Positions 48,351-55,584 are shown, numbered from the stretch's first letter. The stretch: DNA of 64,000 nucleotides from Candidatus Saccharimonadia bacterium (GCA_023253175.1 JALRHH010000001.1:108020-172019); one strand, 5' to 3'. Translations and numbers: made by a program. The notes: generated by a model not told the origin, from the letters alone.

Positions 48351-49130
48351 ATGACTAATAGTATTCAAATCCTGCTACTGGTAACAATTTTGTTACTTGT
48401 ATGGCAGCAGCGTAACGCAAAAACACAAACCTTTAACCCCAAAAGCCGGAAAATGGTGCTCGATACCTGTGCCCTCATTGATGGGCGTATTATTGAGCTG
48501 ACAAAGCTTGGCTTTGTACCTGATGAGCTCGTCGTACCAGAATTTATTATCCATGAACTCCAACTGCTTGCTGATGGATCTGACGCGCACAAGCGTGAAC
48601 GTGCACGCTTTGGGCTTGATGTGGTGCGTGAACTGCAGGAAAGTGACAATGTCACAGTTATCATTGATGATTCAATCAAAAGCAATGAGCCAACTGACGA
48701 CAAGCTGGTCATGCTTGCCAAGAAGCTCAAGACTGGCCTCTACACAACTGACTATAACCTCAACAAGGTTGCGGATATTCAAGGCGTTAAAGTTCTCAAT
48801 GTAAATGAGTTGGCACAGCAGCTGCGCCCAATTGCATTACCTGGTGAGCGCAAAAACGTTAAACTTCTGCAGAAGGGCAGCAATGCCAAGCAAGGTGTTG
48901 GATATCTGGAAGACGGTACTATGATCGTGGTTGATGACGGCGCCAGTCATCTTAATAAGATCGTTGAGGTCGAGATTACGCGCGTACACCAGACCATGGC
49001 TGGCAAGATGCTGTTTGCTAATCTTATCAAGCAAAAGCCTGCTACGAGGAAGCCACAGCAAACTGCTAAGCCATCAACTGATGGGCTTGCTGGTCGATTC
49101 CGCTCGCGCCGTACGCCTCGCCAGAAATAG
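48351..49130 (+). CDS. PIN/TRAM domain protein (YacL-like)
   Basis: N-terminal TM helix, PIN-like core (VLDTCALIDGRI), and a C-terminal TRAM-like beta domain (GVGYLEDGTMIVVDDG...VEITRV). Confidence 0.78.
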   Translation: MTNSIQILLLVTILLLVWQQRNAKTQTFNPKSRKMVLDTCALIDGRIIELTKLGFVPDELVVPEFIIHELQLLADGSDAHKRERARFGLDVVRELQESDNVTVIIDDSIKSNEPTDDKLVMLAKKLKTGLYTTDYNLNKVADIQGVKVLNVNELAQQLRPIALPGERKNVKLLQKGSNAKQGVGYLEDGTMIVVDDGASHLNKIVEVEITRVHQTMAGKMLFANLIKQKPATRKPQQTAKPSTDGLAGRFRSRRTPRQK

Positions 49131-49145
49131 TTAAATCTTAGGAAT

Positions 49146-49179
49146 GAAAAAACACCCGCTATGATGCGGGTGTTTTTTA
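49146..49179. terminator. bidirectional intrinsic terminator between the PIN/TRAM gene and PBP
   Basis: AAAAAACACCCGC-tatgat-GCGGGTGTTTTTT. A GC-rich 8-bp stem flanked by an A-run and a T-run. Confidence 0.8.
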
Positions 49180-49193
49180 TTGTATTTTGAATA

Positions 49194-52100
49194 CTAGTTT
49201 ACATTTTTATTTGGTGTCTGCGTACCGCTGCCATCTCTTAGGTAGACACTCGTAGCATTTGTTGCACTAGTGCCTTGACATCCATTACCCGTTGAAATAC
49301 TACAGATAACCTCGCCAGAGTTCGGTCCATTTGCTCTATGAACGGTATAATTTCCTGTCCCGCCTGTCCATGTGAAGGAGTATGTGTTACCGCTTTTTGT
49401 TGCGCTTGTTAGGGTTAAATTTCCGCCGCCTCCGCCGCCTCCATTCCCGGTGATGGTCCCCGCATCGCTTGCGTCATACAGGACGCTGTCGACAATTGTC
49501 GCGGTGACTGTCTTGGTGCCAGAGAAGTTTTCGGTGTAGTTCATGGTAACGGTACCAGAACTGGATATATTGAATGTTCCGCCATTTATGGCCTGACCAT
49601 CGATAGAGAAGGTAACGGTTCCTGGATATTGATCACTATGTAACGGATGCGTACCTTGACCAATATTTGCTGTGAAGGTGTAGTTACCCGGGCTGCCGTT
49701 GATATCCAACGTGATACTCGGCTTCACGTCAGTACATTGGTGAATGTCGTCTGTTTGAGTTGTATCGGCATTGGCCCCGACATATTTATCAACAGAGAAA
49801 CTGTTTGCCGCAGTGTCGTTGATATCCTTACGGGCACGGTTAGGGGTACAGTCGGTCGCAGTTTTGTTCGATACGATATCAATTGTTCGGGCTACGCCAG
49901 ACTTCTTGGTTGGAGCCTTGTACCAACTTGGGAATAGGTCGGTCGCTGGGCTTGGCACAACTGCACCGAGTCCTGGGTTGGACCTGACCACGTATGCTGC
50001 AGTACTTTGTACGCCTGCTGGCTTAGCGCGGTCCTCTGGCTTTAGGTCCTTGTGGGCGGCCTGCATCCAGCCCTGCCATACTGGCTGAGTCATGGCCTCC
50101 ATGGTGCCGCTCATAGCCTTAGTTCGGTTGTGATAGCCAACCCATACTGCTGCTGCGTACTGGGTAGACATACCAGCCATCCAACCATCTTTGGCGTCGT
50201 TGGTTGTACCGGTCTTCATACCGAACTTCCAGGTACCTTGGCTGTTCTTGTAAGTGTGTGGCTTGCGTCCTGCAGGGAAGTAGCTGGCATTCGGGTCGCT
50301 GAGCATATCAGATACGATGTAGGCTGCATCTGCGCGGATAGCTTGTTCGCCCTTGCTTGCTTTCCATTCATCTAAGACCTTGCCGTCACCCTTTTCGATC
50401 TTGAGAATGTAGGTCTGAGGAATGTTTGTGCCATTACGTGATAGGGTTGCGTAGCCGTGGACGTGTTCATCAAGTTTGAGGTATGCACCGTCACCGATCG
50501 CTGATGATGCGTAACAGCTGCCTTTCTCAGTCAGGAGTTCGTCGGTGTAACAGTTGTACTCGCCGCGGCCCTCACTTGAAAGAGCTGCTGGCTCATTACC
50601 TGGAGAGGTCATGAGTTTATGTGCGGTATCAATCGTCTTATCAACACCAACCATTAGCATAGCTTTCACGGCAGGAATGTTACGTGATCCACCAAGCGCA
50701 TAGCGAAGTGTTAGCGGTCCTGGGTAACGGAAGTCATAATCCCACAGACATTTCTTGCTGTTGTCGCCATTTTTGGTAGGACGGGTCTTGTCGGTACATG
50801 GGTAGCCTGGGATTTCGCCCTGTGTGTCATAGATGACTGACCCGGCTCCAACATTATTACCGTGCTCGATAAGCGCCGCATAGTCATACGGTTTGAAGCT
50901 TGATCCAGGAGGTAGTCGGTATCTCGCATAATTGTTTTGACCGTATTCAGCATTATTGAAGTCCACGCCGCCAACGAGGGCAACAACTTGTCCTGTTTTA
51001 ACGTCTTCGGCTGCAAAGGCGATTTGGTCGCCACCTTGGCGCTTAACCTGAGCGATACCCTTTGCAACCTGGCGCTCTGCTTCTTCTTGAAGCTTTGTAT
51101 CAAGTGTCGTGATAACCTTCCAGCCACCGCGTTTCACTGTTTCGTTGCCGTATTCGGTCTCGAGCTGTTCTTTGGCTGTTAGCACGAAGTAAGGTGCCTT
51201 CATATTTTCATACTTAGGCTTAGGCGTCTTGTAGCTTGCAAGGATGTCGTAAGCCTTGGCTTCATCGCGCTGTTCTTTGGTAATCATCTTTTCGTCTAGC
51301 ATGACATCAAGGATGTAGTGTTGGCGGCCAATTAAAGCTTCGGAATCAAATCGTGGGCCGTATGGAGAATAGTAGGACGGTGCCTGAGGGATTGCGGCCA
51401 AAAAAGCTGACTCTGCGAGTGTCAGGTCTTTTGCAGATTTTTGGAAATAATCCTGCGATGCTGTTTCTACGCCGTACTGTACGTTTCCATATGGAGCGGC
51501 GTTCAGGTAACCGGCAAGAATCTCTTTCTTGGAGTATTCCCGCTCTAGCTCAACAGATAGAATGAGCTCTTTAATTTTACGAGTGATCGTCTGATCTTTG
51601 GTCCAGTCATTATTGAGCTTTACAAGCTGCTGGGTGATGGTTGAACCACCTTGGCGAGGTCCGCCATGGTTGAAGACGTCATTTAGCGCGGCACGGGAGA
51701 TGCCTTTTACGTCAAATCCACCATGCTGGAAGAATTCCTTGTCCTCGATCGCAACAGTTGCATCCTTTACGTATTGGGAGATTTCTTCGTCCTTTACAGG
51801 GGTTCTCTTAACACCAGAGTAGTCCTCCCAGAGCAGTGTTTGACCAGTTTTGTCGTAATAGCGAATGCTGCCACCGATTTTGTCACCAGAGATATCGCGA
51901 AGGTTTGGGAGATCCTTTCGGAAATATGCAAAAATGCCGACTAATAGTAAGAAGCCAGCAATAATACCGATTCCAGCAATCTTGAGGGCCATAATGCCAC
52001 CCTCGCGGCTGAACCAGTACTTGTACATGCGCTTAGGGTGCATGCGGTAAATAATGCGCTTGATGCGGGACTTTGGTAGTCCGGCAAGGCGAGCTGCCCT

Positions 52101-52250
52101 ACGACGCGCGCGAGCGTCACGCGCTGCCAAGAATCGTTCACTTAAGTTACGGTGGATTTTAATGGTCTGACCGCTTTTCGTTACGTACGTATTGCGGCCA
52201 CGACGAGCAGACTGTCTGGGACGACGGCCGCCCTGATTACTTGTACTCAT
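49194..52250 (-). CDS. class A penicillin-binding protein (transglycosylase/transpeptidase) with extended termini
   Basis: Glycosyltransferase motifs EDKEFFQHGG and RQGGSTITQQ. Transpeptidase motifs SSFKP and KTGT. Arg-rich N-terminal tail and a C-terminal extension of about 270 aa. Confidence 0.88.
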   Translation of the reverse strand: MSTSNQGGRRPRQSARRGRNTYVTKSGQTIKIHRNLSERFLAARDARARRRAARLAGLPKSRIKRIIYRMHPKRMYKYWFSREGGIMALKIAGIGIIAGFLLLVGIFAYFRKDLPNLRDISGDKIGGSIRYYDKTGQTLLWEDYSGVKRTPVKDEEISQYVKDATVAIEDKEFFQHGGFDVKGISRAALNDVFNHGGPRQGGSTITQQLVKLNNDWTKDQTITRKIKELILSVELEREYSKKEILAGYLNAAPYGNVQYGVETASQDYFQKSAKDLTLAESAFLAAIPQAPSYYSPYGPRFDSEALIGRQHYILDVMLDEKMITKEQRDEAKAYDILASYKTPKPKYENMKAPYFVLTAKEQLETEYGNETVKRGGWKVITTLDTKLQEEAERQVAKGIAQVKRQGGDQIAFAAEDVKTGQVVALVGGVDFNNAEYGQNNYARYRLPPGSSFKPYDYAALIEHGNNVGAGSVIYDTQGEIPGYPCTDKTRPTKNGDNSKKCLWDYDFRYPGPLTLRYALGGSRNIPAVKAMLMVGVDKTIDTAHKLMTSPGNEPAALSSEGRGEYNCYTDELLTEKGSCYASSAIGDGAYLKLDEHVHGYATLSRNGTNIPQTYILKIEKGDGKVLDEWKASKGEQAIRADAAYIVSDMLSDPNASYFPAGRKPHTYKNSQGTWKFGMKTGTTNDAKDGWMAGMSTQYAAAVWVGYHNRTKAMSGTMEAMTQPVWQGWMQAAHKDLKPEDRAKPAGVQSTAAYVVRSNPGLGAVVPSPATDLFPSWYKAPTKKSGVARTIDIVSNKTATDCTPNRARKDINDTAANSFSVDKYVGANADTTQTDDIHQCTDVKPSITLDINGSPGNYTFTANIGQGTHPLHSDQYPGTVTFSIDGQAINGGTFNISSSGTVTMNYTENFSGTKTVTATIVDSVLYDASDAGTITGNGGGGGGGNLTLTSATKSGNTYSFTWTGGTGNYTVHRANGPNSGEVICSISTGNGCQGTSATNATSVYLRDGSGTQTPNKNVN

Positions 52251-52409
52251 ATATTGGTTACTATCTCCCTCATAGGACCTTATGGTTCAGCGATTATTAT
52301 ACCAAATTACGGCGCTGAACAAGCGATAATATGTAAGAAAATGCACCATGTATCGACATCTGTTATGATGGAGGTAATATAATCAATGAAAATGAGAGAA
52401 ATCTGAAAA

Positions 52410-53657
52410 ATGACACTATCTGAAGAACTCCAGTGGAGAGGATTCGTAAACCAGACAACGTTTACTGATATTACTGACCTAGACAAGCAGCCACTGACGT
52501 TTTATTGGGGTGTTGATCCAAGTGCTACCAGCATGACGATTGGTAACTTTGCAATGGCAATGATGGTGCGTCATTTTATTGATCATGGTCACAAAGCCAT
52601 TTTGCTTGTTGGCGGCGCAACGGGCCTTATCGGCGATCCCGACGGCAAGGCAGATGAACGTAATCTCAAGACCGTAGAAGAAATTGAAGCTAACAAGGCT
52701 GGTATTGCTGCTCAATATCAGAAGATTTTTGATGGTAAATCATTCGAGATCGTAGATAACTACGACTGGTTCAAAGGTATTGGCTATCTCCAATTCCTTC
52801 GGGATGTTGGCAAGCACGTACCAATGCGCCAAATGCTTGGCCGCGAATTCGTACAGTCACGTCTCGGTGAAGACGGTGCTGGCATTAGCTACGCTGAATT
52901 CAGTTATTCGCTTATTCAAGGCTATGATTTTGTGCACCTTAACCGCGAAAAGGGTGCAACACTGCAGGTAGCAGGCGCTGATCAGTGGGGTAATTCTATA
53001 GCTGGCGTGGACCTCATCCGCCGCATTAACGGCCAGGAGGCGCACGTTTGGACCGGGCCACTGGTTGTTAACAAGGCAACTGGTGTGAAGTTTGGAAAAT
53101 CCGAAGGTGGAGCGATATGGCTCGATGCTGACCTGACGAGTGTCTATAAGTTCTACCAGTTCTGGCTAAATGTTGATGATGAGGGTGTATCTGATTACCT
53201 AAAAATCTATACCCTTCTTAATAAAGAAGAACATGCTGCAGTGATGGTTGAATTTGAACAGAATAAAGGTGGCCGTCACGCACAAAAGACATTGGCGTAC
53301 GAAGTGACAAAGCTCGTGCACGGCCAAGAAGCTGCTGATTCAGTTGTACGCATCACCAATGTATTGTTTGCTGGGGCTGATTTGGCGGAAGTGACCAATC
53401 AGGATATTGATCAGCTGAGAGCCGAATTGCCGGCCTTTACGGCTAAAAATGGTGATCTAGTGGCAAATGCCTTAGTTGAGACAGGGCTGGCTGGTTCACT
53501 GAGTGAGGCTCGCCGATTTATGGAGCAGAATGGTGTTAGCCTGAACGGCGAGAAAGTAGGTCAGGATTATCAACTAACACAGGATGACCTCAAGGTTGCA
53601 GGATCTGCGCTACTTCGCCGCGGTAAGAATAATTATGCGGTAATTGACATCGCCTAG
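52410..53657 (+). CDS. tyrS: tyrosine--tRNA ligase
   Basis: Collinear with bacterial TyrRS (GGATGLIGDP, GADQWGN, KFGKS, C-terminal S4-like domain). The HIGH position reads TIGN. Confidence 0.9.
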   Translation: MTLSEELQWRGFVNQTTFTDITDLDKQPLTFYWGVDPSATSMTIGNFAMAMMVRHFIDHGHKAILLVGGATGLIGDPDGKADERNLKTVEEIEANKAGIAAQYQKIFDGKSFEIVDNYDWFKGIGYLQFLRDVGKHVPMRQMLGREFVQSRLGEDGAGISYAEFSYSLIQGYDFVHLNREKGATLQVAGADQWGNSIAGVDLIRRINGQEAHVWTGPLVVNKATGVKFGKSEGGAIWLDADLTSVYKFYQFWLNVDDEGVSDYLKIYTLLNKEEHAAVMVEFEQNKGGRHAQKTLAYEVTKLVHGQEAADSVVRITNVLFAGADLAEVTNQDIDQLRAELPAFTAKNGDLVANALVETGLAGSLSEARRFMEQNGVSLNGEKVGQDYQLTQDDLKVAGSALLRRGKNNYAVIDIA

Positions 53658-53686
53658 GGCTTTCTGTCTGGTATACTCTTATCCAT

Positions 53687-54496
53687 ATGGCTACTAAATC
53701 TACATCCAAGAAGTCTGCCCCTAAAAAGGCAGCAAAACCAACTGTTAAAAAAGCGGATCAGTACAATGATCCAACCCATAACTACCTTCGTTACTGGGAT
53801 GGCCGTGACTATGAACACGCCGCAGAACAGATCGCAATTCGCCGCTTGATCGGTGATAAGCACTTCAGGCACGCAGCTGACATCGGTGGTGGCTATGGGC
53901 GTCTTTGTGTATTTTTATCCGAATTTTCTGACAAAGTTACGCTGGCAGAGCCTTCACAGCAGCAGCTTGATATTGGTAAGGAGTTCCTGAAAGATCACCC
54001 AGAAGTAGATCGCTTGCTAACGCAGGCTGATGATCTCAAGTTCAAAGATGGTTCATTGGATCTGATTACGATGATCCGCGTTATGCACCACCTTCCAGAC
54101 CCAAAGGCAGAGTTTGCTGAACTTGCCCGTGTGTTGTCTGATGATGGTTACCTTATTCTTGAGGTTGCCAACTACGCACATGGTCGTAACCGAATTAAGC
54201 ACGCGCTTAAGGGTAAAAAACTACCTACGGAGCCAGTCGATATCCGTTCAGAGCACAACAAGCGTGATGAAGAAATTGCGTTCGTTAACCACAACCCAAA
54301 AACAGTCATTAAGCAGCTTGCACATGCCGGTCTTAAGGTAGAGAAGACATTGTCTGTTTCGAATCTCCGTTCGCCAGGCCTCAAAAAGCTCGTGCCAAAG
54401 AGTGCAATGCTTACGGTTGAGAAAGCACTTCAGCAGGCGCTTGCCAAGACATACTTCGGGCCATCAGTATTCTTCCTCGTCAAAAAAGCTAAATAG
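53687..54496 (+). CDS. class I SAM-dependent methyltransferase
   Basis: Lys-rich N-terminus and SAM motif I ADIGGGYGRL. Confidence 0.72.
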   Translation: MATKSTSKKSAPKKAAKPTVKKADQYNDPTHNYLRYWDGRDYEHAAEQIAIRRLIGDKHFRHAADIGGGYGRLCVFLSEFSDKVTLAEPSQQQLDIGKEFLKDHPEVDRLLTQADDLKFKDGSLDLITMIRVMHHLPDPKAEFAELARVLSDDGYLILEVANYAHGRNRIKHALKGKKLPTEPVDIRSEHNKRDEEIAFVNHNPKTVIKQLAHAGLKVEKTLSVSNLRSPGLKKLVPKSAMLTVEKALQQALAKTYFGPSVFFLVKKAK

Positions 54497-54502
54497 TTTC
54501 AC

Positions 54503-54895
54503 ATGAACGAACCTTTGTTTTATCGGGTAAGTGTAAAGGCACTTATTCGTGACGATGAAAATCGTATCCTTATTTCTCGTGAATTAGATGACCGATGGGA
54601 CTTGTTGGGTGGCGGGCTTGAGCATGGTGAGGATCCAATTATGGGTCTACGCCGCGAGCTTCAGGAAGAAGCTGGTCTTGAGGCGGCAGAAATCGCTGAA
54701 CATCCGTGCTATTTTCTGACCATACACAATTCTGAGAAAAACATGCATATCGCGAATGTTTTTTACGAAGTAAAGTTACGTAGTTTTGACTTTGTCCCAT
54801 CCGAAGAATGTCAGGAGCTGCGGTTCGTATCTGCTGATGACATCGTGGATCTCAATGTCCAGCCAAATATACAGAAGCTGTTCAATCTTTTGTAG
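54503..54895 (+). CDS. NUDIX hydrolase
   Basis: NUDIX box GGGLEHGEDPIMGLRRELQEEAGL. Confidence 0.8.
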   Translation: MNEPLFYRVSVKALIRDDENRILISRELDDRWDLLGGGLEHGEDPIMGLRRELQEEAGLEAAEIAEHPCYFLTIHNSEKNMHIANVFYEVKLRSFDFVPSEECQELRFVSADDIVDLNVQPNIQKLFNLL

Positions 54896-54919
54896 TATAT
54901 TGATAATAATTGACAAATA

Positions 54920-54928
54920 TGCTATAAT
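54920..54928 (+). promoter_or_regulatory. extended -10 promoter element TGCTATAAT
   Basis: Consensus TGnTATAAT. An ATG (54935) follows after 6 nt, the same geometry seen at other genes in the window. Confidence 0.45.
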
Positions 54929-54966
54929 ATAAGGATGCCGTCGAGTGTACTAACTCCGGTGAACTT

Positions 54967-54982
54967 TGACAGGATAGATAGA
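54967..54982. repeat. left inverted repeat of cassette (TGACAGGATAGATAGA)
   Basis: Its reverse complement matches 55500-55515 at 15 of 16 positions, with a perfect 13-bp core TGACAGGATAGAT. Confidence 0.75.
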
Positions 54983-55030
54983 TTTTGACATGCAACGAGC
55001 GCATATAAGTGCGTTGTTTGCATGTCAAAA
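54983..55030 (+). other. long hairpin abutting the left IR
   Basis: 13-bp perfect stem TTTTGACATGCAA/TTGCATGTCAAAA, with an inner 4-bp stem CGCA/TGCG and loop TATAAG. Followed by four more A. Confidence 0.6.
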
Positions 55031-55065
55031 AAAACAGTACATACTACATGAGAGGGTGAGTCTTC

Positions 55066-55443
55066 TTGGAGAAGGTAATTCTTGCAGTCGGCGATAAGGT
55101 TGCCGATAGGCACTGCAGGGTCGCGCGCAACTTGATCGCAGTGCAGGCACATGTACCGAAGCAGGTGTCTGTGTCAGTGGATGACCTGATGATCTCCGAC
55201 ATCGAGCTCGAGAGGCTTCACGGTGATGGTACGTCACTGTTCTCGAGCACGCTGAGCGATGGCTACTACATGGAGCTGGCGCGCAAGCACCTCGAGCCGT
55301 ATGGCTTCATCGCTTCGGTCGTGTTCGACGAGCAGTCGTACTACTACTGCAAGAACTCATCGGTGAACAAGTACCTGGTCAGTCGGCAGCCGATCGTTCG
55401 CTACTGGCTTGTTCGTTCAGACGGGTGTGCTGTTCCGGTGTGA
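55066..55443 (+). CDS. hypothetical protein encoded in the GC-rich cassette
   Basis: 125-codon ORF with a TTG start 7-9 nt after the SD-like GAGGGTGA. My hand counts over 55141-55320 give about 55-62% GC, versus about 37% in the flanking intergenic DNA. G/C-ending codons predominate. No family recognised. Confidence 0.5.
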   Translation: MEKVILAVGDKVADRHCRVARNLIAVQAHVPKQVSVSVDDLMISDIELERLHGDGTSLFSSTLSDGYYMELARKHLEPYGFIASVVFDEQSYYYCKNSSVNKYLVSRQPIVRYWLVRSDGCAVPV

Positions 55444-55449
55444 GCTGCT

Positions 55450-55490
55450 GCGGTGACCGATGGGTCGTATTCTGACCCGTCGGTCACCGC
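55450..55490 (+). terminator. GC-rich 17-bp hairpin after the cassette ORF (terminator-like, no U-tract)
   Basis: GCGGTGACCGATGGGTC-gtattct-GACCCGTCGGTCACCGC (one G-U). It starts 7 nt after the stop codon and is followed only by GAGCTTTG. Confidence 0.5.
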
Positions 55491-55499
55491 GAGCTTTGC

Positions 55500-55515
55500 T
55501 CAATCTATCCTGTCA
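55500..55515. repeat. right inverted repeat of cassette (TCAATCTATCCTGTCA)
   Basis: Partner of 54967-54982. CTT is present immediately outside both repeats (54964-54966 and 55516-55518). Confidence 0.75.
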
Positions 55516-55584
55516 CTTAACCCAAGCATCTCAATCATTTGAGATTTTAGGTTGAGCAGTTGTCTTCACATATAATTATTAGCA

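Larger units (their letters stand above)
54967..55515 (+). mobile_element. candidate non-autonomous insertion cassette (IR-bounded, no transposase)
   Basis: 549 bp between terminal inverted repeats, with a possible 3-bp CTT duplication, a subterminal hairpin at each end, and a GC-rich passenger ORF. Mobility is inferred, not shown. Confidence 0.35.

Noticed and set aside
49423-49442. CCGCCGCCT repeat as a phase-variation switch in the PBP gene
   Set aside because: There are only two 9-nt units plus a trailing CC, and the unit is a multiple of 3. Slippage would change Gly-hinge length, not the reading frame.
52404-52406. In-frame TGA between the uORF and tyrS as evidence for TGA recoding (code 25-like)
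   Set aside because: TGA clearly terminates several well-supported genes here (the RND gene, gatA, rnhB, yraN, the ORF at 57634). Protein lengths match homologs under code 11.
52251-52409. T-box riboswitch upstream of tyrS
   Set aside because: Only about 160 nt is available, shared with the divergent PBP promoter. I saw no specifier-loop/T-box consensus (AAUUAGGGUGGNACCGCG-like) and no terminator/antiterminator pair.
54910-54928. TTGACA (54910-54915) plus TATAAT (54923-54928) as a classical -35/-10 pair
   Set aside because: The spacer is only 7 nt. The functional element is more likely the extended -10 TGCTATAAT alone.
55025-55237. Minus-strand ORFs inside the cassette (54922-55152 and 55025-55237) as a toxin/antitoxin partner
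   Set aside because: Their translations are Arg/Ser/Pro-rich, as expected for the antisense of GC-rich coding DNA. They have no SD or promoter and overlap the better-supported + strand ORF.
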